From Lama glama (Eukaryota), in NCBI GenBank assembly GCA_028534125.1, contig CM052816.1, positions 99,574,001 to 99,638,000 on the forward strand: a stretch of 64,000 nt of DNA, given 5' to 3'. Every line of letters begins with the position of its first letter. The stretch's first letter is position 1. Positions 1 to 13,430 of this stretch are shown one piece after another. Position numbers and translations under genes: made by a program. The notes below the pieces were generated by a model. It searched no databases. It had not been told where the DNA came from and worked only from the letters and a program-made list of their open reading frames with translations.

Positions 1-2136
1 GTTTTTTGGAAATAGAAGGTAGAAAATCTCTAATGATGCTCACTGATACCTATAAAATATTCTTGTCCATCGTAACTCTTAAATTATAAATAATCATCAT
101 TTCTATCCTACAGATTATGATACTCTATATGTTGTGAAATAGTCCCACTATAGGATGTGTCATCAAATGGACTCATAACACCTAAATTGCCTTATTACAA
201 TTTAGAATAAAAACTAAAAGGTAATGAAAGGTAGGCAGTGAAGTTGATGGGTGAGAGCGAGGACTCCCTCATGCCAGCCTCACGCACTGGCTGACTCCTC
301 ACTGTCACGGGGAGCTGCAGACATAAATGCCAGCTCTCAGCTATGACTGGTCTGGGGTGGCTGAGTTCTTGCTCAGAAACATCCAGATGTTTGTGTCTGC
401 AATATTTATGGCATCCTTCTCTCTAGTTCCATCTACGTATTAATAGTTAAACAATTGAAAGAGCCATCTACCGATCGCCACTTTATTTTCATATAGAAAG
501 TGGGCTGGAATCTCATTACGAAGGAATTCCATGAGCGATTGAAGCGAGCCATGGGCCCCAACCTGAAGCCAAGAGGAAACAGGCCCCGTGCGTGTCGTGG
601 GCATCTGCTCGCAACATGGGGACCGGGAGGCCGAGGGGAGAAAGGATGAAAGACGGAGAACAATTTCAAATTCCAAGAGAAATCCTTTGGCTAAGAATAA
701 TGTATCCTCCGTGTCTTTCAAAAATTTCCACAACAGATGGGCTCTGGGATGCCCTCCCCACCGAGGTCTAAGAACAGTAGGGCCGATTCCAATTACTTAC
801 TTGGATTTGGAGGAAATGGAGAAAAAAGTCAGTCCTAATAACATTTTTGGTGTCGGATGAACCACAGAAGTCGGTGATCGGCCCAGACTAAAGGTCAGCG
901 AACCCCAGCAAGACGAGCGGGGCCCAGGGCGCTCGCCCAAGCCTGGCTCCTCTTGCAGGACCTCCTCCCCGAAACCCATCCCTTTAGGGGATTTAAACAT
1001 GCGTTTCCCCCACCCCAGGCACCTTTTCCTTTGTTGTTTTATTTAGAGGGGGTGTGGCTGCCGGAGGCTGTGGGAGATGGGCGATTGCAGTGTAGACTGG
1101 GTGAGGGCACGGAAAAGGCTGTCTCCAGGTGCAGGGCTGAGCCAGGGAGGTCCCAGACGCCGTGGTGGTTCCTTCCAATTCTCGGCTTCAAAAAAGTCAA
1201 CCCATTGAGATGACAACAGCCCATTAACATGGGCTCAAACTCCCAAATCTGCCCCCTGCTTTTGCCATCAAAAACAGCCTTCCCCCAATTCAGTGCCCCC
1301 GACCAACCGGGTCTGCAACACATTTTCGTCAGGAGGAGCTGTCTCTCTGAGAAAGCCATGCACTCTTCTCTTCTTTCTTTTCCTTTGGAGCTCGGGGGGA
1401 CATGGACACCACGTCAGGGAGGGCAGCACCCCACGCGCTGGACTGCGGCTGCCTCCCGCCCGACGCCTGTAGCCGGGGCTGAGCGCCCCCACCGCTTTCC
1501 GGATTTCCCGGCATCATTTCCACCACGGACTCGACTGTCCTATCCAGATGCTGGTCCAAAGACATCCTGGGGAACAGGGCCCCCTGTCTCTGTCACATTC
1601 ATGTGTTTGAATGTCATTCAGGACACCCTGACTGCTGAGAGGCCAAGAAAAAAATTGAATTGAATGTTTTGAGTGAGTCTCTTCAGACCCACTTATCCTG
1701 TGATGGCCACAGCGTCTGGCCTCAGGGATGAGCACAGGGGAGGGCAAGCTCTGCCCCAGAGCCACCGCCACACTCCTGACTCCCAAGGGCCTGCGGCCCT
1801 TCTCTGATTCAAAAGCTTTTACGATAGGATGATAACGCCCAAAGGAGGACTAACAGAGAGAAGGGAGCTTGGTTATGCCTGCTGGCTTCAGAGTGGCTGA
1901 ACTGCATTCCCCGAAGAAAATGGTCCTTGTTTTTCTGAAAGGCTTTTATTGATTTTATTCTTTCAGCTTATGAAGAACTTAACTAAGCTGCGACAATATG
2001 TATCCTATCACCCAGTTAGGTCTAGCATGGTTCTTCTTTACAAAACATATAAAGATACACTGACCGGGGAACAAGAGTTTCTCCCTGGAGCTTTGTCCCA
2101 AGTGTCTGCAGATTCCCCCGCACCCAACAAGGCAGT

Positions 2137-2636
2137 NNNNNNNNNNNNNNNNNNNNNNNNNNNNNNNNNNNNNNNNNNNNNNNNNNNNNNNNNNNNNNNN
2201 NNNNNNNNNNNNNNNNNNNNNNNNNNNNNNNNNNNNNNNNNNNNNNNNNNNNNNNNNNNNNNNNNNNNNNNNNNNNNNNNNNNNNNNNNNNNNNNNNNNN
2301 NNNNNNNNNNNNNNNNNNNNNNNNNNNNNNNNNNNNNNNNNNNNNNNNNNNNNNNNNNNNNNNNNNNNNNNNNNNNNNNNNNNNNNNNNNNNNNNNNNNN
2401 NNNNNNNNNNNNNNNNNNNNNNNNNNNNNNNNNNNNNNNNNNNNNNNNNNNNNNNNNNNNNNNNNNNNNNNNNNNNNNNNNNNNNNNNNNNNNNNNNNNN
2501 NNNNNNNNNNNNNNNNNNNNNNNNNNNNNNNNNNNNNNNNNNNNNNNNNNNNNNNNNNNNNNNNNNNNNNNNNNNNNNNNNNNNNNNNNNNNNNNNNNNN
2601 NNNNNNNNNNNNNNNNNNNNNNNNNNNNNNNNNNNN
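2137..2636. other. Assembly gap (500 N)
   Basis: Continuous run of N from 2137 to 2636. Confidence 0.99.
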
Positions 2637-3929
2637 ATTTCTAAGTTCAAGCCAATTCTTTTTAAAACGTACCATTAATCTTTGACTTTCAACAAACTAT
2701 TGACTAAGCTATTACAAACATTTCTTATCATCAAATATCCTTTTTCAACTTACAATATCATTGTCACAATAAGCAGACTTTTATGCATCTTAAGAAATTA
2801 GATTGTATATAAAAATATGAAATATAGAAGGAATTCTTAAGTTATCTGGTTTGTTTAATCAGTATAAATATTCCAAGAGGATCACTCAGACTTTCAAGTA
2901 TTTCTATGTGCCCTGCCCTCAATTATCCCATCAATGAAATCACATAAGCTAAGATTTTTATACATCTCTCAAACGTTTTTACAGGATGTTTATTTATGGC
3001 TAACCTCTAAGCGGTGGGAGGGCCAGCCCACAGGCCGTGGTGCTGATGTGACTGTCACTGAACCTTGTGATGGTGCCTGTGACTGCAAGTCTGCAGCAGC
3101 AGGGCCTCGGGCAAGGTATGCGGGCTCCTCGGCAGGGTGGCTCACCCCCGGCTCGGAGGTGAGCTCCCAGTAAACCACGGGGGCGGTAGGGACAGGTGCC
3201 CAGCTCAGAAACTCCAAGTCCAGTAACCGCACGAATGCGGTAGCAGGTCACCGTGCAGAAATGGAAGGCTTGCCCAGCGAATAAAATCAACAGTGCTAAT
3301 GCCTACAGAGGTACAATGACAGAGGCATGTTCTGTATTTATCAATTTGATTATATCTTTGAATTAATTGACAAAAAAGAGAAGAAAAAGTGAAACAGAAC
3401 ACAGAAGCTCATCCCAGGATCTCAGCTGACAGCTCCCCCGGGAGGGCGGTGGCTGTGGAGCCTGGGGAGGGCTCCCTGGAGTGAGGGCCGTGTTCAGGCC
3501 CCTCGCCCTTTGCTGGCTGTGGGGTCCTGGGCACGTCTGGGTCTTGGTTTTCCCGAAGGAAAGCCCTGTCGGGGAGGCAGAGGAGGTGCTTTCTGCAAAG
3601 CAGGCTTCCTTGCTGCTCTCGCGATGTTAGCAGTAACTCCGCCTCCCTCCTGCCCATGTGTGTTCTCTGCACAGACCACGGGCGTGTGTGTGTCCCACGG
3701 CGTGTGAGGGTTTTCAGCAAAATGTGCTTGTGGGCGACTCCCGGTGTCCTTGGTACACAGCGTTTCCATCTTCTTGTTTGTTGGTTGGTTTTTCCCATTT
3801 TAATGGTTCTCAGTTCTGGCTGTGAGGTATCAGCCTGCATGTTTCCTATGGTGGTGATTTTGATTCATCCTAAAACACCGATACTCAACTAGCGGGATAA
3901 ATGAATGTTATTTGAGAGTCAGCTGAGTG

Positions 3930-4250
3930 TGGTGGTAACATTAATTGTGTTTTCAGTGCTTTATTGTTGATACACCTTGAATTCTGTGCATGTTTTTCTG
4001 AGTGGCTCCTTTTCTTCTAGACTCTTGGCCTTTGTCAACTAGAACGCACAGCTGTTTTTTCATTTTATGGTCGACTGGTTTTCTCATTGACTCTATAAAA
4101 TATCGCTTCCTTTATGTATTATTGTATAACACCAATATACTAATAGTCTCTATGCTTAATTCTAAAACCCCTATTTGATGAAAATCCATTCCAACTGTTG
4201 CCTTTTAGGCTTCGATTTTGTGTAAGATTTTTGTAACTTGTCAAATCGCT
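3930..4250 (-). mobile_element. Very degraded old L1 (L1M-type) fragment
   Basis: T-rich tract resembling antisense L1 ORF2 (ttttatggtcgactggttttctcattgactctataaaatatc...); recognised by eye only. Confidence 0.35.
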
Positions 4251-5194
4251 CTGATGAGATTCAGCGCTGTACCGGGCTTCATTAGACGCCTGTGGGTGTG
4301 CGGGGTGGCTTTAGTGGTGGGCTTGTTAGCAATAAATTTAAACTTAGGAGGCAGTTTCTCAAAACATACAAAGTCACCTCTTACACATCCTATACACATA
4401 CTGAATGCAGAGAAAGTCTGGGATCTTGCCGATGTCTATGATGAGTCCTCCCTCTTACAAAGGGAAGTCCATCACATGCACAGAACGACACAAATATCGA
4501 TAAGAAACAGAGTTCACCATGAAAAGGGAGATTGTCTTCAGAGAGAGAGAGACTGTTCCAAAGAAAGGTCTGCAGAGGTTGAGATACTGGCAGGTGAACT
4601 AGAGAGAGAAGTGGATACAATTCATCAACCATCACTAGAATTTTTCAGGAAAAAAACAACTATTTTGGTCACAAATCTAGGTTAGTAAATGTCTGCTTTA
4701 AGCAAGTGAATCACCAAAAACTTCAGAAGGCCATTAACTGAGATCTTAAATGAAAGGCTTACGTACGCATTTATGTACAGTTGTGGATTGTTACGTTTAT
4801 GTTCTTTTTTATTGTCGGTGTATCTAGAAGTTACAGTGAGGATTAAAGAAGCTGAAGAATCCTTTCGCCAGGATGCTTTGGGAAAGATGCACTCAGAATA
4901 AACGTGTATGATCAGCTAAACAATCAAATAATGTTGCAAGAATTCAGAGAAAAGAGACCTGGTCACACCAGAGCGGACGGGGATTCTCCATGCCGGGGTG
5001 AGGCTTAGGCTGGTTTTTGAAGACTGGGCAGTGGGAGGAAGATGATAACAACTGAAATCTTAACTTGCTGGAGGAAAAACAAGCCTTTTCCTCCCTGGCT
5101 AGTGCAGAGAAAGTCCAGCCATTCTGGGTGTAGAGCACAGTCGGTCTCTCCCTCGCGGTGGTCCTGGGGCAAGCCAAGTCCTTCCACGGCATGT

Positions 5195-5645
5195 TGAGTC
5201 TCTTGTTTTTTGCTATGATGATTAAAACTGCCGTGAACTTTCTTGTACATGTATTTAGTGGACACGTTTTTATTTCTTTTGAGTAAATACCTAAGGTTAG
5301 AATTGTTGAACCATCGCATCCCTGTATACTTAATTTTAAAAGAAACTGGAAAACATTTTATAAAGTGTTTGTGCTTTTTTACATCTCTACCAGCAATATA
5401 AAAAAGTTCCAGTTGCTCCACATCCTCAGAAACATTTGGCATTATCATTAAAAAAAAATTGGCCATTCCGATGGATGTAGTAATTTAATTTGCATTTCCC
5501 TGGTGATTGATGAGGTTGAGCACTCTTCCACGTGCTCAGCGAACATTTTTGTATCTTCTTATGCAAAGTGTCCACTATAATCTTTTGCCCAATTTTATTA
5601 GATCATTTCATTATCATTGAATTGCAAGAGGTTAAATATTTCAAA
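5195..5645 (-). mobile_element. L1M LINE fragment, ORF2 3' end region
   Basis: Antisense L1 motifs (ttttgagtaaatacctaagg..agaattg; ttccagttgctccacatcctc; tttaatttgcatttccctggtgattgatgaggttgagcac). The minus-strand peptide NVSEDVEQLELFYIAGRDVK is a typical off-frame translation of this L1 region. Confidence 0.85.
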
Positions 5646-5679
5646 TACACACTTAAAGAGTAATGTTTCCTGTAGGTCA

Positions 5680-6350
5680 CTATGAAGAAAGAAGTTTGGG
5701 GAAGTTCTTTCTGTTTTCAGGGCATCTATTCCCAGCAGCGTGTCCAGATCTCCCTTGCTCTTCTTTGTGTGATTTAAAATATGGACTGAGAAGCTGAGTT
5801 TTGTCTTTATCAATTTTGAAAGCTCCAGGTCGTTCTAAGCATTCGCTTTCCTGTCAAAATGTTTAAAGGATGTGATTTTAACTTTCTTATTGTTCTTTGT
5901 GCAAAAACCGGCCTTTAATCTTTTCCACATGTCCTTGTGAAATATGAGTTTATCAAAGAGTCCATTATGCATGCTCCCTGTCCTCTCTCCCTCCCTCCCT
6001 CCCTCCCTCTGCTCTCTCCCTCTTAGAAGTAACCACATCATATATCAGATTCATACTTTTGAGAGCCTTGAAACCTGTGCACCATCCTCTGAGACCTGCA
6101 GAATCACCCTGGGCGAGATCCTGTCTCATCCCGCGGGGGTCTTCTCTGGTCACATTAAATACCAGGATGACTTGACAACTTGTTCCCAAGATTTCTGCCT
6201 CTTTCTCTGCAGCCATCAGCTAGTTTCTGTGGCTCAGATCAGTTCCAGAGTAACAGTTGCCTTTGATTCTCTCTCTACTTTCTGGGAGATCAGATGGTCA
6301 GCAGAGCAAGTTGAAAAGTTACCAGACAGAGTATTCAGCTCAGATACCGG
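5680..6350 (-). mobile_element. CR1/L3 LINE remnant (ORF2 endonuclease end and linker)
   Basis: Collinear frameshifted minus-strand peptides resemble CR1/L3 ORF2: FSTCSADHLISQKVERESKATVTLELI, EAEILGTSCQVILVF, MHNGLFDKLIFHKDMWKRLKAG...RKANA, and KKSKGDLDTLLGID. A (CCCT)n tract at about 5975-6022 interrupts it. Confidence 0.75.
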
Positions 6351-9046
6351 GAACCTGGGCTGTCCCACCCGCACCGCGTCCCTCTGCCGAGTCAGTCTTG
6401 TGGTCTGGGCCGCGATGCACGCCGCCCGGTCTGCCGTTACTTCCTCCGCCACGGTGCGGCTTCCTCCCCTTATGTCTTTATTCAGGTCCTCTCGAGGGGG
6501 CCTTCACCGGGCTTTAGGAATTTTCGGGCAACCCTGTGCCTTTTCTGACATGCAGAACTCACCTGCCCCAGCTCGGACGGGTCTGTTCTCTGTCCTCCAC
6601 AAGTGTGAGAGCTTCCCACACGCAGCTCATCTGGTCCCGCCGAGAGCTCGGGAATCACAGCTCCCCCCGCCTGCTGAAACCCCAGGTCCCCTTTCCGCGT
6701 GGATGAGGTTCTGAGTGCTCCTGGGACGTGGCCCACGGGCTGGGACCCTCACCGTGACCTGTTCCACTGGATCCAGTCGCTTCCTCTCTTGTTCTGTGGG
6801 GAACGGAACGCTGCTTCTCACTCAGAAAGTGCACATCTGCCTCTTCGGAGACGCTCCCCGCGCCTGCTGAGTGACGTAGAGATTCCCCTCGGTTCTTTGG
6901 GTTCCTGGAAATCATACGCCCAGGCGCCGCTCCGCGACCCCGGGGCCGGGCTGGCTGTGCGCTGCCCCTGCGGCTCCGGGCCGGCTCTCCGGGCCTGAGT
7001 GTCCCGGCCTGACTTGCAGGGCTGTGGCTGGGAGCGACCAGGGAAGCTTTCTATGAGCTGTGAAGCTGAGGACAGAAGAAACCGACTCCGTATTTGAAAG
7101 AAATTGCATATGAATGTGTATGAACTAACTTGGCCTTACAGAATTGTATCAGGAGTTAAAATAAATAATAACATAACCGATATCGTGGCACGTTCACACG
7201 GCAGACATGTGCGTATATATTTTTATATGGATGTGGACATACATGAAGGAGACCTTCACAGCATCTGGTGCAGAGCAGGCATTCTTCACATCTCCTCCCC
7301 TCTTCTCCTCTGCCCTCTGTTTCCCCCATGACGGCAGGGAGACGGGACGCTGACCCCGACTATCCCGTCCTGGAGAGTGTGCCGCCAAGAGAGCAGGGAC
7401 TACTGTGCTGTGCGGTGCCTGGAGCATCAGGCCGTGCGGGGGCTGGATGCGGGGGGATGGCAGGGACCAGGATCCTGTCTCTGTTTACAATTTTACATTT
7501 GATGCATCACAGATGCTTTGCAATAATGTTGATGTTTAGTTTTTCATTGAGACGGTGCTGATCTTGATGAGTGACTTCTCCCAGCCCTTAAGCCCTGTGC
7601 CCTGGTCAGTCCCCGTGTCCCCTTTCCTCAGCCCAAGCCCTGAACACGTCCTCTGCGTGTGTCCTGCTCAGAGAACCCGCAGCACAAGTGGAAACGGGCA
7701 TGGCTGACCTGCTTTTCTCTCTCTAAGTGACTGAGCTGACAGTCAGACCACAGCCGTTCCAGTGTTTCTAACCTTCACTCCATCTTTCTGCATAACGTGT
7801 TGAAGGCTGTCGTGTCAGTAAGGCTGAAAACCAATAATTCTGCTGAAAACAGTCCTGGAAAAACTTCAGTAAAATCTGGCAAACCTTGGAGGCTTACGCT
7901 GTATCTAGGAACATAGTGATTTCCAGGAACTGGGAAGTGGGGCCGCTGGTCACGGTGGGAATGGGACCGCGAGGCCCTCCCTGGGGGGCACAGATCCCCT
8001 CCGGCCACGGGATTATCGATCTTTGTCTGGGACAACAGGCTGCCTTCTGCCTTCCGACATGGGCACCCTTGTCCATCACTCCTGACGGCACGCACCTCAC
8101 CAAAGGGTTTCCACCTGGTAGCATTTCAGTGCTGTCACTCTGGAGGAATATTTTGTCTTTAAGGAAGAAAAGGTCAACTCTGTGAAGTTTTAGATAGCTT
8201 TGATAGAAATCAATACAGTGAAGGGCATATTTTCTGGGAAATAGTTTTGAATATTTTATTTACTGGACACTCAGCTGTACAAATTAGACACATGGGGTGT
8301 AACACAATTGAATCAAGATTATAATTCTGATGCCCTGGCTGCAAACTGCCCCCTCTAAAAAAGTCCAAAATTACCTTCAAAGTCTTACCACAGATTACAG
8401 TAGGACTAAGGAGATAAAAGGTGACTTTGGCTCATTCCACTGCAGCTGAAGCTGCAGGCTGTCAGCCTTCATTTGTGATGCACCGGTTTTTCTAGTTTCT
8501 AATACTGGGTCAGGTATATTTTGGAACACATGGTTTTGTAAATGTACTGAGCAGAGCCATGATGCGTTTGGAAGTCTAATTGCTCTTGGTGACTGCATAA
8601 ACTTTGGTTTTTTTGGTTCCTTTCTCTATAGGGGTTACAGACATTGTTTCCTGAACGTCATGTCTTTAGGATCATGAAGAGAAGACAGATTCCATCATCC
8701 CAGCAGTAAGTAGGCAGATGGAAGTTGGCACCTGTAAGGTGGAAGGCGAGGGGCCACCCCCATCCTCCCAAGGGAAGATGTTCCCACACCTGCTTCCCCT
8801 CGCCCCGTGGCTCCGTCCCTACTGCTCCAGGTGACGTCACCTCTCTCCCCCTGTCCCCTTCCTGTCAATCTCGTGGGTGATGACATCTCCATGAGGGGTG
8901 CTGAGTGACGGGAGAACGCCACCAGAACTCCCTCCTGATCAGCCGTGGAGAATCCTGGGGCCCATGTGCCCCTCCTGACACTTCTTACAACACAGGTTGG
9001 GTTGTTATCAAGCAGAACTAGCTCAAAAGTCAGGTCAAGATTTTAG

Positions 9047-9241
9047 ATGCTCACTGCTATATGCGGGACAGATTAACAACAGGTTTAAGCTGTAGAGCAC
9101 AGGGAACTATATTCACTATCTTGTAGTGATCTGTATTGAAAAAATATGAACAGGAACATGTCTATGAAGAGTGAATCCTGATGCTATGCACCAGAGATTG
9201 ACACGACATTGTAAACTGACTGTCCTTCAATAATGAAAAAA
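9047..9241 (+). mobile_element. L1 3' terminal fragment
   Basis: aacaacagg..ctgtagagcacagggaactatattcactatcttgtagt...acattgtaaactgactgtccttcaataatgaaaaa; homologous to the other L1 tails in the window. Confidence 0.85.
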
Positions 9242-10079
9242 CGAAGGAAAAAGACAGCTGCAAAGTTTGCAGAACTGACATCTTCCAATAACTGAAACAT
9301 CAAATGATGGGCCTGCCGACTTCTCTGGCCCACGTGGCTTCTGCGTAACCAGCAAGCCCCGGGGGTGGCGCGGCCTCCCCTCTCCCAGGGCACTTTATCC
9401 CTGAGGGCCTTTGATGGAAGGCTCTAAGTATACGTTAAATGGAGCCCAAAGCTGGCTTCGTGCACTTCGTTATCATTACCGTCAGTTAAAGCACGAGTTT
9501 TGCTTCTTGCTGCTAATGGAAGTGCACATAATACAGAGAGGAACCGTTCCTGGTAAAGGTGCAGTCTGAGCAAAGCCTTTACAGTGCGCGCGCGCCGGGA
9601 GAGAAGCCAGAGCCCGGAGCTGACGCGGACAGCACTTCACTTGTTTTCCCTTGGAAGCTGCTGCGGGAAGCCCAGAGCCCTGCCTGCAGGGTGAACCCTG
9701 CGGAGGAAGGACCGAGGGCACGTAGCTTCACGCCGAGGCTTCCTTGGCCACCCCCAGCCGAGGTCGGAATCAATGTTCCTTGACAGAATGGTTAGAAGCT
9801 AACACCAACACACCTCGCCGTTAGCACCAGTCACTCTTGATCTGACTAGTAAACGCGGCATCCTTTTCTCCGTAGTGTGAATTTACTTTCAAAGACTGTT
9901 GTCATTGTCTTTGGGAGTGCCAGACCTGCCTTGTGGGCTTTGAGGAGAAACGCTGCTGGCTGAGCCCAGGTGACCTCAGCTCCTGGTTTCGGGTGGCATT
10001 TTGGTGCCCAGAGACATCGGCAAAGGAAAGGGAGCAGCGGAGGGAGGAGAAGGATCTTTCCAAGTGTGCTTTTAAAATA

Positions 10080-10780
10080 AAAATGGCACGTGATTGTTTC
10101 CGTCCGAAACGGAGCCCCGCCATATTCTCCCACTCGAGTGCGTACTGTGCGCCTCAAGCAGTCTTTCCACCCTAGCTACCTCCCGCCGCCGGCGCCGCAG
10201 GCTCAGCCGCACGGCCGAAGACGGAAGGCAGCGCACGGAGAGGCCCAGGGCTGCCGGCTTCCACGCAGCCACAGCGCGGTCACCCCGGACTCCAGCCCCG
10301 GCCGTCCTGGCTCCACCCCACGTCTTCCAGGGGTGTCGTGCCCCTCCCCGACCTCCCTGGGAAGAGGCATCATTAGAAACAGGGTGTACTCGGACAGGCA
10401 GACGTCGGAAATAAAGGGTGGCCCCTAAAGTGACAAGGCCTCGCCCGGACTGGAAATCCGTTTCCTCTTGGTGGACTTGGCGGTCTCTCCGGATGACCGT
10501 CCTGCAAACCTCGCGTGGACGGGGGTTCACTCCGCAGCAGGACAGACGCCGAGGTGAGGGACACCGCTGTGCAGAGAAGCTGAGAGAGAAACCCGTCACG
10601 GCTCAGCAGCAGCGGGGAGGGAAGGGCGAACGTGCCGAGATTCGGCAAAACCAGACGTTAACAGAAGAACTCAAGCTACCCGAGGATCATGGGACTAACA
10701 CTAAAGCTAAGAATGACAGAGTTTGATGACGGTAGACCGGGCCAATAATGACACGCGCTCTCGGTCTGAAATCCTCTTCG
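10080..10780. promoter_or_regulatory. CpG-island-like GC-rich segment
   Basis: Dense CpG, e.g. cccgccgccggcgccgcaggctcagccgcacggccg. No associated exon identified; CpG observed/expected not computed. Confidence 0.45.
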
Positions 10781-13399
10781 ATTAACAGACACGGTCTCTT
10801 GAAGCTTGCCTGGTTTTACATCTGTGATGGCTGCGTTTACCCCTGAGGATGGTGTTTGCAAAGTGTCGAGAAGCCGTGTAAGCACCTTTTCTCCTTCGGA
10901 AAGAATCCCCCGGAATGCGCGGCGCAGTGCTGGCTGTCCCCATGAGAAAGGCTCCGGTGCACAGAACGAGGCCCCAGCCGGCGCATGGGAGAGTCATCAC
11001 AAAGACGTGTCTGTGAGGAGACTGAAATGAAACAGCGGGACCTCAAGGGCATTCCAGGAGAGGATTGACGACCAACAGGAGGCGCAAGTTTCCAAAGTTG
11101 AATTTCACGCATAACTGTGGTGTTCATGACGGCCAGCGATGGCCACTACAAAATGTGCCATGAGATACGCGGGGAATTTGGAGATCAGAAGGGTTAATAC
11201 AATTACTCCTGGGATGAGGTGGCCGGGACTGGAGGGAAAAATAGCAACGATGTTGTAATAAGCTGGAATGCATGATCTTGCCCCCAGAGGTTTTTAAATG
11301 CACTTATTTTGAAGCATGTGACACTCACAGGGAAGGTCAGGAAGGTGCTGTCAGAGCTGCTCAAGGGCAGAGCCCTTGGCCAGGCGGGGCCAGGCTCTCA
11401 CCCTCCTTGTTCCCCTTTTACGGGCTGGGGGTGCAAATCTGATCCCGGAAGAGAAGCTCCCAGGGCGCCAGCACCCCTGCGAAGAGCCGGTCAGTATACA
11501 AGACACGCATGTGTACCGTCCTATCCCCTTCTGTTTAATTTTTCAGGGGTGTAATTGGATTGTTAACACCTCTCCTTGCCAGTCTACGTGCTTCCTTCTA
11601 ATAGCCGTATGGCGCTAACTGAGACCGATAAACAAATTCTAACGTATTTCATGCCCCTTGGGATCAACAGTTGTGCATTTTCCTTCTAGTTTCTTGGCCA
11701 CGGTGACCGATACAGCCGTGGTCCTCCTTACCGTGTAGCTCTGCTCATCCGTCAGCACGACAGAAGGCAGATTCCAGGGAGGCGGCCTCTGGGCCAAAGG
11801 CCACGCACAGGGGACATTTTGATGGTTACTGCCAAATTCAACATTAACACGTCCTTATGAAGTTTTAGCAGTAAATACACAACCCTGCTTGTGTTCCCGC
11901 GTCCTTGCCCCCTGCAGAGACGAGGGGGCTCTGACGGTTGTCCGGGCGAAGGCCAGCAGGTGTTGTAAGCCGCATGTTTTGGGTCACCTGTGCGGTTGCA
12001 CATCTGTCCAAATGATTATGACCAATGTTTATGTCTTCTCCTGCACTTGGCTCTATTCATTTATTTACCATTTTTCCATTTGCACGTTTTTCTTGTGGCT
12101 TCACCGGTTTTACTTGCCGATTGTAGTTACAGTTGTGGTCAGCACTTCCTCATGGTGGGTGAACGGCACACCTTTTCTCTCAGAGTGTGTCCTGCTGTTG
12201 TGCAGTTGTGACTGGGGAAACACCAGAGTCACCAGGCAAAAGCTTCGAATGCAAAGATCTTCAGTCCTGCAGGGCTGCCCAGAACTGACGGACTCCAGGC
12301 GGAAAGGACGGAGAGATTCCACAAAGCCCCACCTGCCCGGGCTCAGCACCCCGGATTTCTGTTAAGTCAACATCAGGACTCAAGGACACCCCAAGGGTAC
12401 CAGGCACTGCAGCCAGCTCTAAAACAGGACATTGTCAGCATTCAGAAACTCCTCATTTTCACTATTTTTCCTACACTTTAGGAAATTTTGAAGTGAATTT
12501 GGGGGATACATTTGTGGCAACGTACTGCAGACCACATTTAAGATGTTTTTCACTTGAGAATTGATATCCATTTTAGTAGTTGCTTGAAATGGTATCCGAG
12601 CTCAATCTGAACAATGTTAGGTTCAGAGCAGAGACACCAAGGTGGTGGTAGCTCATTTGCAGTCTTGGCCTCTGTGGGACCAATAGCATGACCTCATTCA
12701 CCTCTGATACTGACGCCCACGCTCGGTCACTACAGCAGGTGACATACATAACTGCCAACAGCCTCCTTGAGCACCTGCTGCAGGGGGGTGACCTGGTGCT
12801 GCTGTGCAGACGGACGCCTTGTCTCTGAGGAGTTTAAACTCTAAACAGTGATCATTTCAGCGTACCTACTGTGTCCAAATTTAAGAGATTTCTCAAATAC
12901 ATCATCTTTTTTCTATCCTTGGGGCTAACTTTGCTCCAGAAAAAAGATACCAAAATAAAATACAGCATCCAGGATGCAGGAGAGTAAAGCCAGACATGGT
13001 CTGAAAGTTCTGCCTTTATCTGAGCAGCTCAGGTGTGTGGACTACTTTTGGGCCAAATGCCACAGCACTGGTGACAGATGGAGAATCTGTGTTCCCCTCG
13101 TGGTCCACGTTCTCAGGGCGTGTTTTCATGTTTCGGTGCCTGGTAGCAGGGAAAGCTTATGACATATTCTGCTGAAACTTCTGCTCTGTTGACCTGGAAT
13201 TGGAACAGATGTCTAGGGAGCCGACCTGTCCTGCCCGTGTTTGCTCAGTTAATCAAAACTCACGGCACTTGAGTCACTTTCCAGCCCAGATTTAATGCGG
13301 CCCTGTGCACAGGCTCATCCCTCCTGCAATGACCAGAATATTCAAAAGTACATCACTGCATGTGGTGGGGGTGACAGTGTGCCAGTGCCACTGCTCTGG

Positions 13400-13426
<27 letters not shown>
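13400..13426. repeat. (TG)n microsatellite, about 13 units
   Basis: Direct read of tgtgtg..., followed by a degenerate TG-rich tract. Confidence 0.95.

Positions 13427-13430
<4 letters not shown>

Noticed and set aside
1949..2675. Three long ORFs of 217-231 aa
   Set aside because: Artefacts of translating through the 500-N gap.
4218..4685. 155-aa charged plus-strand ORF
   Set aside because: Non-ATG start, no recognisable domain, no convincing splice sites, and it begins in degraded repeat-like sequence. Left unassigned; a blastp/Dfam search would settle it.
5944..6714. 256-aa plus-strand ORF
   Set aside because: Its first half is antisense to the CR1/L3 remnant and includes a (CCCT)n repeat; no protein-family signal.
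12343..12360. Partial REST/RE1 motif (TCAGCACCCCGGA)
   Set aside because: The right half-site GGACAG is broken (GGATTT).
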